Source: Proteromonas lacertae
Taxonomy: Eukaryota
Assembly: GCA_002245135.1 (NCBI GenBank)
Contig: NGBS01000872.1
Span: 1-64,000, forward strand
Length of the DNA stretch: 64,000 bases
Reading direction: 5' to 3'
Shown here piece after piece: positions 21,859-35,272 of the stretch; positions within the stretch are counted from its first letter, which is position 1, and every line of letters begins with the position of its first letter. The notes under the pieces are model-generated. The model searched no databases and was not told the DNA's origin. It was given only the letters and a program-made list of their open reading frames with translations. Position numbers and translations under genes: made by a program.

Positions 21859-24114
21859 ATGAAGAAGATAAATAGAGTTATAGTTTTATTGTGTACTTTT
21901 AGTGGTATTTATTGCCAAATTAATACTTGTTCGTATAATTGACTTATTATAACACCTGTATAATAGAAATCAAGGTCTTTACTCGAAGCAGCAAAAAAAA
22001 TGTATTTGTTATGAGGGATATTCTGGATATGATTGTAGGGATAGTATTTTTCAAATGTAATATGTAAATAGGAAGTTGTGAATATGGTTTGAGTTTTGCA
22101 GATGATACTGCAAGAAGTGAATGTAGTGATCGAGGGAGATGCAACCGTAAGAATGGCTTGTGTGAGTGTTTGTTAGGTTATGATGGAATTGCTTGTGAAA
22201 CTCACAGTTGTCCTATTAATGGTGGTAAAATATGTAGTGGTCATGGAATATGTGTTAGTGAATATGATTATAGAAAAGAACATTTGAGAATATGTAAAAT
22301 TGATAGTGACAAAGTTAAGTGTAATACTATTAATGTTGATGAAAATCAATCTAATTATCTTAAGAGAAATAATATATGTATATGTGAAAGTGGTTATAGT
22401 GGATATGATTGTTCTATTAAAGATTGTCCATATGGATTAACAGGAAAAGGTGATGATAAAAAAGGATATTATGGTAATCCAACTGACATTGCAACAAATC
22501 CAACACCTCCTACTTCTCCATCTAGTTTAGCTTCATTTGATATTGTTACATTTGTTTTAAATAGTGAATATTTAGATTTAGAAATGGTAAGATGTGAAAA
22601 TATAATTGATGGTAATGAAAGGGAGTGTAGATATGAAAAGATAAGATTAAATAGTAAAGAAGGAAAAGAAGAAATAAGAATGAAATTAAAAGTATGTATA
22701 AAGTTTTTTATAATTATTATAGGAAAGTGGAATAGTAAATGATACAGCGGTTGTTTTGTTTAAAGATTCAGATATAGCTAATACATTGGGTGAATCTAAT
22801 AAAATGATATTATATTACATATTAGATCCATAGTATATCATTTTAATTATTGTTATGAATTAGTACATATGTTATATCACCATTACAGTACTCATAATGA
22901 TGGTAAAATTACATCATTAACACCACAACAATGTTCTGGATATGGGAAATGTGAAAATGGTAAATGTGAATTCTATGAAACAAAACAACCAACAAAGTAG
23001 AATATTAGCTGAAATATCTCCTACTACTGTTGATCCTTATATTAAGAATTATGGAATAATAATTGAAAATTGTCAATTAAATACTAATCCTACTACTTTT
23101 GAATGTCCATCAGATACACATAAGAATGAGAATGGTATATGTGTCTGTCAACCTAGTTATATTGGACCAAATTGTAGAAGTATATATTTCATTGTATTAT
23201 TATAATAGAAGTGTGTGATTTTATTAATGGATTAGAGTGTGGTGGAAATGGAAAATGTAATAGTGAAGGTAAATGTGTTTGTAATATTGGTTATTCTGGT
23301 GGTAAATGTGAAAATTCAGTTGTTACTAGATTTCCAGATGAAGAAGAAGATAAAAAATGTAATGGAAATGGTAATCTTAATAATAATACTGGAATGTGTG
23401 ATTGTTATGAGGGTTATTATGGAGTTACCTGTCAAGATAGTATATATATCTGATGTATTGATTTGAATAGAAAGATGTCCATTAGGTCCAATTATAAAGG
23501 ATTATAGATGTGAAAATATTGGAAATCCACCACAAATCACATTCAAATTCAACAGTTTAGTAGGTAAAATTACAGTGAAATTGAATGGAAAGATAATTGT
23601 AAATGAAATCGATTTATCTTCTACAATTAGTCAATTTATAACTACATTAAGTAATTCTGGTGTTTTAGGTGATATTGTATGTGTAAAAGATGGAACTTCA
23701 GATGAATGTGAAGATAATAAACAAATTACTCCTACTTATTTCACTCTTCAATTCTTTTATGTATATATTCAATCATTACAATTTTGTTAGTATTGTACAA
23801 AAGAATTAAATCCAACAGATGATTCAGGTAAGAAAGGATTGACATTCTTTATTGAAAATAATATAATTTCAAGTAAAGTTGATGGTTTTGATATTACAGG
23901 TAGTGTTGATACAGCTCATGGTAGTTTAGAATATACAACAGGCACAATTGAGTGTGATGAGTGTAGTGGTAAAGGTGAATGTGTTTCTGGAACATGCATA
24001 TGCGAAAAGAATTATCAAACAAGTAATGGATGGAGTAAAGATAGAAAAACAATAGAAATAGGAAAAAGAGGAGATTGTAGTCATTTTGTCGAATATATGC
24101 CTCAACAAAAATAG
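21859..24114 (+). CDS. Secreted EGF/tenascin-like cysteine-rich protein (mastigoneme-protein-like family)
   Basis: Signal peptide; ECSDRGRCNRKNGLCECLLGYDGIACE, CSGHGIC and C-terminal ECSGKGEC...GKRGDCS; multiple ~30 nt introns. Confidence 0.8.
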
Positions 24115-24115
24115 T

Positions 24116-26095
24116 TTATATACCTAATACATTAATTCTTTTAAACAGTGTTTCTTTCATCTCAGACTGTGGAATTAACTCATTCATCTCATTCAAGCAA
24201 ATTGAACATATTTCATCTTCTTTTAACTCATTTTCTTTTAATAAATCCAATATAGTTAAATACCATTGACTATAGTCATATTCTAATGGTAATAACTTCA
24301 AACTATAAATCATTGTCTTAATTATCTCTTTACATATTTCCTTCTTTGAATTATCTTTTATATATTTCAATAAATACCTATTAATACGAATATTATCCTC
24401 TTTATTGGTTTTTATCATTGTAATATAACACACAATCATTATTTTTATACTTGATAATATATTCCTATTCTCTGATGATAGCTTTAATATATTATTATTA
24501 TGTTCACAATCTTTATAAAATGGATTATTTAATCCACATATTACATTACTATCTAATAATTTCATTAATTTTATAAATAACTTATGGTTTAATGAAGGTA
24601 ATATTTTTGTTATACTTAATATTGATATTGATCTTATACACTTGTAACAATATATATTACTTTTAATAATATCATAAAAATAGCATTTACTACTATCATT
24701 ATTACAATTTATACATTTATAATCATTAAATACTGAATAATTGAATATATTTATATATTCATCTATTGATAATAATGACAATAATATCATTTCACTCACT
24801 TTAATTATCATTTCTTCAGATTTTAATAATCTTTCAACTTTGATTTTTTCATTTAGCAATATTGATTTTATCATATCTGGATAGCAATCTATTAACAAAT
24901 TATCATTTATTATTCCATTGAAATACTATAGAATATAAATATCATATATATTTATACGTAATAGTTATAAAATGACTTATATTCTTTCATTAATGAAAAA
25001 CACTTTGTTGATTTTATTACCTCTTCATTATTATCATCACTTGGTAAATAATTCTTTAATATCTCTATTAGATTATCTATTCTATCAATCAATTTATTAT
25101 TATTATTATCAGTAAATATATAATTCAACAACACTGATAATATTCTATCTATATATTTATTTAATACTCTTATCTTTGCATTTTCATCAAATATCAAAAT
25201 CAAATCAATCACTTTTTCTATTTTATTTATTGTATAATTATTAATTATATTGCCACTGTCATCTTTTTCATTTACTGTTATAATCTTTATCACATATTCA
25301 AATATTGAATCTATTGATATATAATCATTATCTATTTCACTTATTTGGCTGATTGGAATTGCATTTATAATTTCACTAAACATAATTTCTTCATTTTTAT
25401 ATATAACATTTATATCTTCTGAAGTATTATTATTATTATTTTCTTTATTCTTTTCAATTATTTCATTGAATATAGTTGATAATAACACTATTATAGTTTT
25501 TCCTGTTTTTATTGAAAATGATTTGGATATATCTAATAATATGTGTGTGTATGTAATAGTATGAACTTCACTCACTAAGCTGTCTGTTATTAATAAGTTC
25601 ATTGTTTCAATGGGAGAGATTAAATAGTGATAATTAAAACATTTGTTGATTTTTCCTTTTGTTATATTTTCAGATGTTATTTGATTCATTAATATACATA
25701 ATTCTGGTATTAATGGATCTTTGTGCAGTACTACTGACGAGATTTTGATTCTAATAACTTCTTGGAATGCTATTGAGTAATTGGATAGTATAGTCAAAAA
25801 CAGATTTTGTAATAATAAACAAACAACTTCAGATTGACTTGACAAAGCAGTTATAAAAACATCAATTAACTCATATACGATATTTGAAGATAAGCATGAT
25901 TTTATATTATGACTTAAACAATTTATATTTGCAATGATCTATTTTGAGTATATTATAGTAATGATTTACTTTTTCTTCATCTCCATCCATTAAATGTTTC
26001 ATAGTATCATAGATATATTTGCATGGTAATTCTATAAATGCAATAAATAATCTAATACTCTTTGTTATTGATGAGTTATCTGTAATTACATCCAT
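24116..26095 (-). CDS. Hypothetical helical protein with Cys cluster (two introns)
   Basis: Three ORFs joined by ~30 nt GT-AG introns; CINC...CY...CYKC. Confidence 0.6.
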
Positions 26096-26166
26096 ATTGA
26101 CCAATTTACATGTAAAATGTCAGAGTAAATTACAGTTTAAATTTCAAAAATTATAACTGCTTTTTC

Positions 26167-26901
26167 ATGTCATTTAATAGCACTATAGAATTTATAAAAA
26201 CACAAACTAGTCAATTGCGTAATGCTGAAGAGTATTATGCATATATATTGTTTGTTGTCTCAATTACTCTATCAATTTTGATGATTCTTCTAACTTATTG
26301 GTATCTACAGACATCAGAGAGTAATGGAGCAAATAAAAGTATTTCTTTGAATTTATTTTGTAGAAAATAGTAAGAATAAATACCTAGAACCAGCATCAAC
26401 ACCAAAGGCTCGAGGAAGAAGAAAGAAGTCTGTTAAATCAAAAGTTAATTCTCGTCGTAACAGCAGAGCAAATTCACCAGCTAGTAGAAAAGGAAGTGAA
26501 GAAGATATAGATATTCCTGTGCAGAATAATGAAGAAGAACAAACTGAAGAAAATGAGAAAGAAAATGAGAAAGAAAATGAAAACAAGAAGAAGAAATACA
26601 AGAAGAAGAAATACAAGAAGAGGAAAATCAAGAAGTGGAAGAAGTTGTAGAAAAGAAAGTTGCAAAGAGAGGTCGTCCTCCAAAATCTCCAGCTAAAACA
26701 CCTTCTAAAACAGCTGCTAAATCACCAGCAAAGTCTCCTGCAAAGACACCATCCAAAACACCAGCTAAATCTCCAAAAGCATCAACTAAAACATCTTATT
26801 CATTAAGAGGAAATAAAACAACTGCTGAAACAAAACCAGAAACTCCATCAAGAAGAAGAGGAAGAAAGCCAAGTGTTACAAAAGCATCAGCCAAAAAGTA
26901 A
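26167..26901 (+). CDS. TM protein with AT-hook and histone-H1-like S/T-P-x-K repeats
   Basis: TM in exon 1, 25-nt intron, KRGRPPK and (SPAK/TPSK)n; apparent 1-nt frameshift near 26582. Confidence 0.6.
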
Positions 26902-27137
26902 GTTAGTTATTTCAAAGAATAACAAAAATAGTTAATCAATTATAACGTTATATTTTTTATTTTATTATTATAATAGCTTGATGTTCATTTCTTATTTTTG
27001 GTGTTATTTGAAATAAATTGTACATATAAATGATCTAGAAATAGGTGTATTTGATGAGATAATAAGAATTTTTAAATAAACTGTCAAACTCAGAATCAAA
27101 CATCAACAGCTAGTTTTTTTAATTCTCTTTTAATTTA

Positions 27138-30100
27138 ATGTACAAGACTCCTTATGTATTATATTATGAATTTTATTTGTCATAGAAATCAGCTTTACAG
27201 TCTCCAACATTCAAAAAGCCTTCCACTCCTTCAATGAAGTTATCTAAACAAGCTATAACATTGAATGATGTTAAATCTGCATTGTATCAAACAGAAAATG
27301 ATATTAACGCAATAACAGGAATGTCACCAAAGCCCATTCCAACAAATCAAACTAAATACATGCCTCATCATTTGAAAAGATCAAATTCAGCAAATCAATT
27401 CGCACCAAATATGAAATCATTTTCAAATATCCAAACATCTACCTTTAAACCAAATACTCAAACTAACAGAGAATCCATACCATTAGATGAATATTTAAAA
27501 ACGTTAACTCCACAAACAGCTAATAATCAAAGTGTTAATATGTTAAATTCTACCCCTTATATGAAGAATAACAATAATCCGTTAATGAGCTATTCAGACA
27601 TGAGTACAATATCTCAGAATTATCCATCTCCAGTATTAGCAGATGAATTAATAAATAGTAAAATACAGTTGCACGAAATGTCAAGAAATGTTCAAGATTT
27701 AGCTTCAGAGAAAGATACAGCCCAAATTAACAACTCCATACTTAGAACAACCATATCAGATATATATTTAAACCATATGGAAGAGATAAATGACTTAAAA
27801 GCGAAATTATCAATTGCCAATCAAACAATTCAGGAGAATCAGTTGAAAATGATAGATTCAATCACATTAACAAATGAAATAAAATCAATAAAATCTGATT
27901 TTGAAGTTCAAAAGTCACAATTAGAGAGTAATGTTCAATTTTGGAAAGAATTGTATGAAAAAGAGCAAAAGAAGGTAGAACAAACAGAAATTAACTTATA
28001 CCAAATACAAAAGGAATATAATGAGAAAGAGTCATCATTGTATTTACTAGAACATGAGAATGAAAAATTGAAAGAAAAATTGAAAGGGATTTCATCAAAA
28101 TTCACATTGAAAACAACAGAAAATACCTCACAAACTGAAAAAATAAGAAAATTAGAGAGTGAATTAGATAAAGTCAATCAAATAATGGAAATGAATCAAA
28201 GCCATCATAATGAGAAATTAAATGAAATAATCAAAACAACAGAAACTCAATTCAAACAGATCAAAACAGAGAATAATGAATTAATCAAAGAGAATAAAGA
28301 CTTGGGAAATAAATTAAATGAATTAAGAATAGAATATACTAAAACAACTCAAGATAATAACAATTATAAAGCTCAACTACAGACATTACAATCAACCAAT
28401 GAAACTATAAATAATGAAAAAGAAAAACTTCAAAATGATTTGAATATATTATATGGAAATACACAAAAGATTCAATCTCAGTTTGACATATTATCTAATA
28501 ATTATGAGGAAGTATGTAATAGGAATAAAAATTTAGATGAAAACTTAGAAAAATTGAATAATAATTGTAGTGAATTATATAATAACATTGAGAATATGAC
28601 TTGTGAAATAAGAGAATATAAACAGACTATTAGTACTTTAGAGAATGAAAAAGAGGTATTAACCAATCAATTAGATCAAATGACAACAGCTAAAGAATCA
28701 ATAGAAAAAGTAAAGAATAAATTACAATCAAAATATGATGAAATAATAGAGAAAGATAGAGAGTTAGAGAAATCAACAATGGAATATGAATCACAGTTAG
28801 AAATATTGAATTCTACTCATTCAATGACTAAAGATATAAAGGAGCAAGTGGAAGAACAATTGAAAGAAATATCGAAGAAATATAACGAATTACAAGTAGT
28901 GAATCAACAATCTGAATTAATAATATCTCAATTGAAAAGAGAGAATTCTACATTGCACAATAATAATGAGTATTATGAAGATAATATGAAGAAATTGAAA
29001 GAAGAGAATGATAATATTAATAATGAATATATTGCTATAAAACAAGAATTATTGAAGGAAGTAAATGAGAAGAAAATGTTAGAAAATAAATCGAATCAAT
29101 TATCCAATGAATTATCAACTTTAAAGGTAGAAAAAGAGAATAACGAAGAACATTATAAGAATAGAATAATGCAATTAGAAACAGAGACAAAATCAATGAA
29201 AGAACAGAATATAGAAATATCCAATCAATTAAAAGATATTATAAATGAAAAGAACCAATCAGAAATTACATTTAATTCTGCTAACACACAATATCAATCA
29301 ACAATTAATAGTTTAGAAACAGAAAAGATGAAGTTGGAGAAACAGAAGACTAAAATAGAAGAGACATTAGAGAATGAAAGGAATGAGAAGAATAAATTAA
29401 TTGAAGAAAAGAATGAAATTGAAGAAAGTTTGATTGAGATAAAAAAACAATACAATCAATTACAATCACAGTCTAAAGATATGAATAAAGAACTGAATAT
29501 ATTAAGAAATGAAAAATCAAACATTGAAAGCGTATTATGTGACACTGTAGGTAATAAAGAGGAGTTAGAGAATGAATATAATGAATTGAAAGAGAAATAT
29601 AATCAAGTATATGAAGAAAACAATAAAATAAACAAAATATTTGATAAAAATAGTAAAAACAGTAATAATAAACCATTAGTTGAAGTATTGAGAGAGTATA
29701 AAAATGAAAATGAAAAGTTAGCTGAAACTTATAAAGAAATATCGTTAGAAAATGAGGAAATGTTAAATCAGAATAATGAATTAATATCAACCAATGAGAG
29801 TCTAGAAAATGAATATAACAACATTAAGCAACAATATAATGAAGTAAAAGATGAAATAAACACAATACAAAAACTATTTTCTCCATCAAAGTATAGAAGT
29901 TATAATAATAATAATATATCATCCTTACCAGAGATTATCAAAGAATATGTAAATGAGAAAGCACAACTGAAAGAAGACTATGACAAAATGGTAATTGAAA
30001 ATGAAGAAATAGTAACTGAAAATAATCAATTGAATGAGAAACTAAATAGTTTACAATCAGATTATAATGATATTTATAAAGAAATGAAGAAATCAAAACA

Positions 30101-32927
30101 ATTATTTAATAGTAATAATGAAAATAAACCATTGAATGAAGTAATACAGAATTACATTGCCAATTTTAACCAGCTCTCCAGTAGTTATGAGAATATAAAC
30201 AAAGAGAACGAAAAATTAAAGAATCAATTAGACAAAGTAAAGAAAGAAAAGACTGATTTAAGTGATGAACATATTGAGTTGGAAGATAAATACAACACAC
30301 TCAACAGTGAATATGATGAAATAAAGAAAATATTCGCCTATAATAATAATAATAATAATGTCAATTCATCGTTAGAGAATTATAATAAGTCATTTGTTGA
30401 TGTGATGTATGAGTATAAGAACAATAATGATGAATTAAAAGAATCTTATAATAAATTAATGAAAATATCAGAAGAAATGAAAGAAAATTCTGAAGAAAAT
30501 ATTGAAAAATTGAATGAAAAAATAGGTGAATATGAAAGTGAAATAGAAATAAAGAATAACACAATCGAAGAATATGCTGTAACAATAGAAAATCTAAGTG
30601 AAGATAATAATAATAAGAATGAAAAAATAAACGAACAAACTGAAGAGATAAGTCAATTGACATTGGAATTAGCTGATACAAAAACAGAACTTCAGAAGTT
30701 AGATGATGAGAATATAAAACAGGAAAATAATATTGAATTATTAAATCAAAAGATAAAAGAATTAGAATCAATAATTGAAAATTTAGAAGCTAATAATATG
30801 TCATTAGAAACAAGTAAAAATGAGATTTTTGATCAATTGAATCAATCCACAACATCTCATCAGAATCTAATTGCTGAGTTACAAGATACAAATAAACAAT
30901 TGAATGATCAATTAGATGAGTTAAGGAATGAATGTAACGAATTAGAAGCTGAATTGGTGAAGAATAAAGAGGAAATTAATGAATTAAATGAAGTGAAAAC
31001 ACAACTGCTGGATATTCAAAATGAGAATAATGAAAGAATTGATTCATTACAGAATGAGAATAAACAGTTGAAAGAAATGAGTGAAAATGAAAAGATGAAT
31101 TTGACAAATGATTTGAAACAGGAACAAATGAAAATGGAAATGTTACAAAATAATTTACAACAGGAAATAAACACATTAAAAACATCCTATGAAAGTGAGA
31201 TAGAAAAAATGAAAGATGAAAATGATAATAATTTAAAACTCCTTGAAAAAAGTCATCAGAATGATATTCAATTATTACAAAAGAAATATGAAACAGAAAA
31301 GAATAATTTAGTGATAGAAAAAGACAATGAAAATAGATTATTAAAATCACAATATGAAATGGAGAAGAAATCCTTACAAAATCAATTGGAAAGAAATCAA
31401 CAAATGACAAGTAAAGATAAAGAATCGTCAATACAATTACTACAAAAGCAGCATCTAAGTGATATTGATTTGTTAAAGAGACAATTCGAAGTTGAGAAAT
31501 CACAAATTCAAAAGTATAATTTAATGGAACTTAACTCAATTAAATCAAATTATGAGAATCAAATGAATGATTTGAAGATGGAAATTCAAAACATAAATGA
31601 TAATTGTATGGATGAAAAGAAACAATTGAATAATTTAATAAGTCAGAATCAATTACAAATTCAACAATTGTCTAATGAAAATATGTCTTATCAACAGAAA
31701 CTAACAGAAATAGAAGGACAATTGGAAATAAGTAAAAAAGATGTTGAACAAATTATAAGTCAAAATAATGATAAGAATAACACAAATATGCAATTAACCA
31801 AACAATTCAATGAAATGAAAGAAAAGTATAACAACATGTATAAAGAAAACTCTGTAATGAAAGACAAATATGATTTATTGGCAAAAGATTATGATAAAAT
31901 TCAATCAAAATATACTGATTTAAATAGAGAATATAAAGTATTACAACTAGAGAAAAATAGAGTAGTAAAAGATAAAGATTATAAGTTAGAGAGTTTGAGT
32001 CAAGATCATATGACTTTAGATCATAATTATACAACAATAAACAAACAATATGAACAATTGGAAAGAAACTTTACACAATTACAGAAGGATTATAACTTAT
32101 TACAACATAATTTCAATATAAAAATGAATGAAAAAGATAGAAATATCGATAATTTAGAAAATCAGAATAATTTATTAACTGATTCATTAGATAGTGAACA
32201 GAAACATAATGTTGATTTAACATATGAAGTTAGTCAATTGAAAACAAGCTTAGAGAGTAGTAAGAATCAAATAGACACATTGACGAATAAATTACAACAA
32301 TATACAATGAGAAATGAAGAATTAGAACAACAAATGATTCAAATTAAATCAGAAATGTCCTCAGTTTATGCCAATCAAAATGTAAATGAAAATAAACACA
32401 AATTTGAAATAGATAATTTGAATAATGAAATAAAAAGAATAACAGATTTATCTGTTCAATATGAGAATATCATTAAAGACTATAATAAGCAATTAGGTAT
32501 AACTGAGTCAAGTAATGATTTACTTAGTAAAAGAGGTAATAAAATATTAGAAAAACTAATTCCTTTGATTAAAACAATAACAAAAGGAGAAAAACAATTT
32601 GATTCTTTATATTGTTCATCTCCTGCTGCATTACAAGCTGCTCCATCACTACAGAAGAGAAGAAGTGCAATAATGCAAGTACAATCTCAATCAACACCTC
32701 CACCACCAAAAGTATCATCTCCATTAGCTAGATTATCACAACAACAACAACAACAACAACAGAATTCTCAAAGAATAGTAACTCAAGAAGAAGATCCTTT
32801 AGGTTATTTGAGAAAGAGTACAATTCCTGTTCCTGTTGAAATTAGCAATGTAAGTGGTGCTGTTTCTATATTACAACCTCCCTCTACTCCTCAACCATCT
32901 TTTTCTAATCAGAGTGATTTGAGTTAG
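27138..32927 (+). CDS. Giant coiled-coil protein (~1900 aa)
   Basis: 1897-aa ORF plus short first exon; heptad E/K/N/Q/L composition. Confidence 0.85.
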
Positions 32928-33073
32928 AATTTTATGTTGTATTCATTAATATTTGTTTTTTAAATATGTTATATGTGAATATTATAAAGTAATTTTTGTT
33001 GTTTTCATCATTTTCTGTTTGGAACAATAATTGAAAATAGGATCGTTTTGGGATTAAGTAAATCTCAAAAAAA

Positions 33074-34299
33074 ATGAATGATAAACATCTAAAATCCGCT
33101 ATAAAGGAATTGTATTCAGAAATAGAGGATGAGTATTTCATATTTATAATATTATGATAGAGAACTCTCATACAAAACATTCAGATTGAAATTAGAAAGC
33201 AAATTGGGATTAGAACATAATGCTCTAATACCAGTAAAAGATAAAATAAAGTCAATAATTGAAGAATTATCTTCTTCTCCAACAAAACGAAGAAATCGAA
33301 GAGAAAACTCTCCTAGAAAAGTATGACATTAAATATATATTAATTAGAAAGTGAAAATAACACCCGTTAAACACAAAACAGATGAGTATATATACCAATA
33401 TATTTTTCATAATTTATATTATATATAGTAAATCAGTATGTGAACAACGGTTAATGGGAATGTGTAAAGCTGTTAGAATAGCAGGACCATCACTTTACAG
33501 AATATTGAAAGGCAAGAAAGAAGAAGAAAGATGTGAATTAATGAGAGAAAAACTATCAAATCATAATATTCATTTTATAGGTGAATATCCATCCACTAAA
33601 GAGATTAAATCAGCTGAAGAGTTAACAGAAAAAATAAGAGATTTAGATGGAATAGATCCAAGTAATATAATAACAGGTAAAAGAAAAAGAAATGTATATT
33701 TATAGTAAAGATTATTACATTATTAATAGAATGATGAATATGAATCAAAATCAATATTAAGACGTCTTAGAAAACCAATCAAATCATCAGAATTAGAATT
33801 AGATAATAATGAAGAAGAAGACTTAGAGGATTTAGATGAAAAAGATGAATATTCTGATGATGAAAATTCAGATCAAGATTGTCAAAATACAAAGAAAAGA
33901 AGAAGAATAGAAAATACAAAAGATGTAATAATAGATGATGATGATGATGAAGTAATCAATATCAATAGAAGCAGTAGCAATAGTAGTGAAAGAAGTGTTG
34001 CTAGTTTGAGTGGAGTTGAAGCAGATTCAGAAAAAGAAAGTGATCCAGATGAAGAAGAATTGAAGAAAAAGAAAGAAAAGAAGAAATATAGAAATTCAAA
34101 CAGTGAAGCAAGTAATGCAGAATCTGAAGATACTGATAAATTGAATAATTCGATTAATTCACAGTCAAGTTGTTTTGTGAATAGAAAATCTAATATTTTA
34201 AAACCTCAAAAGAATAAATTGTTGAATAAAGTTAGATATTCCTCTTCTGGATCTAGTGATGAGGAAGAGGATATATGTAGTTATGATTCTGAAAATTAG
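33074..34299 (+). CDS. HIRIP3-like histone chaperone (DEK-C-like N-terminus, CHZ motif)
   Basis: DLDGIDPSNIITGKRKR CHZ-like motif and acidic tail; short introns. Confidence 0.65.
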
Positions 34300-34537
34300 A
34301 ATTTAATTAATAATTTAATTTTGCTTTATTTTTTTAAATTTACATTAGAAACGGATATCTTTTTGTAATATTAAAATTGCGAAATTGCCACAACGATAGA
34401 ATTTTTTTCAATAATATTACTACTAAAACATATATTTATTTTTTACTTGGTGATTAATATAGAATTTAAACCTGTTCAACTACTCTCACCCGAATTTGGT
34501 AATTATCGTTCAAAATAGGTATTGTGCTTAATCTATT

Positions 34538-34858
34538 ATGATACGTGAACATCCGTATGGTGATCCAACCAACGATGTAGCTCAAAAAAGAAAGAATGAT
34601 CTGGAAGGTGAAGGATATGAAACAAAGAGATTAGTATTATTTTATGCTTTATTATTATGACGTTAGAACAATGAAATTTATATAGAAACAGGTAATTCAC
34701 CAATCAAAAGACAGTTGTCAGTATTTTGTAGTTTGTATTATATTTTTTAGAATGAATACTCTGAACTAGATAATGTAAAAAGAAAGCCAATTAGAATACC
34801 TCTACCTGATACTTCAAATATGTGTGTAGAGAGTTGTTCAGAAAAAGTATCAATGTAA
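34538..34858 (+). CDS. Small 3-exon hypothetical protein (~85 aa)
   Basis: MIREHPYG..ETKRL / NNEIY..KRQLS / NEYSEL..KVSM*; two phase-0 GT-AG introns keep the frame open. Confidence 0.6.
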
Positions 34859-35272
34859 TAGTTAGTAACTATATTTATCTATCTTATAAATACATATTAC
34901 TGAAGAATCACCCACTAGATGGATGGATATTGTGAGTAATAGATGTACTTCAGTTAAAGCCTCTCGTTTTTTATAATTTAAATATATAATGTGATTTTTA
35001 TGTTTGTAATTTACTATTTTGAATGTGTTATTTGAGTTGTTCTCTACATCAATTGTGATTAATTGTTTGTAGCATTTTAAAACTATTCTAAATCCTCCAT
35101 CATATTGCTTTTTAAAAGCTCATTACAGTGTCAAAATATTTTTGCATTTCATGCGTGAAACCATTTTTGAGCAGTTTGAAAGAAATTCAAATTCAAAAAT
35201 AAAAATCGAGAGGCGATTCAAATTAAAGTGTTGAATATCTTCTTTACTTGGATTTATTATTTGAAAATAACA

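Larger units (their letters stand above)
15615..22901. repeat. Right arm of ~7.3 kb inverted duplication
   Basis: tatttctttgaaagaa at 15615 mirrors 7290; ...ctcataatgat at 22901 mirrors base 1. Confidence 0.97.

Noticed and set aside
27935..32037. Antisense ORFs over the coiled-coil gene and other acidic or poly-Asn regions
   Set aside because: Shadow ORFs (F/S/L/I-rich) caused by codon bias on the coding strand.
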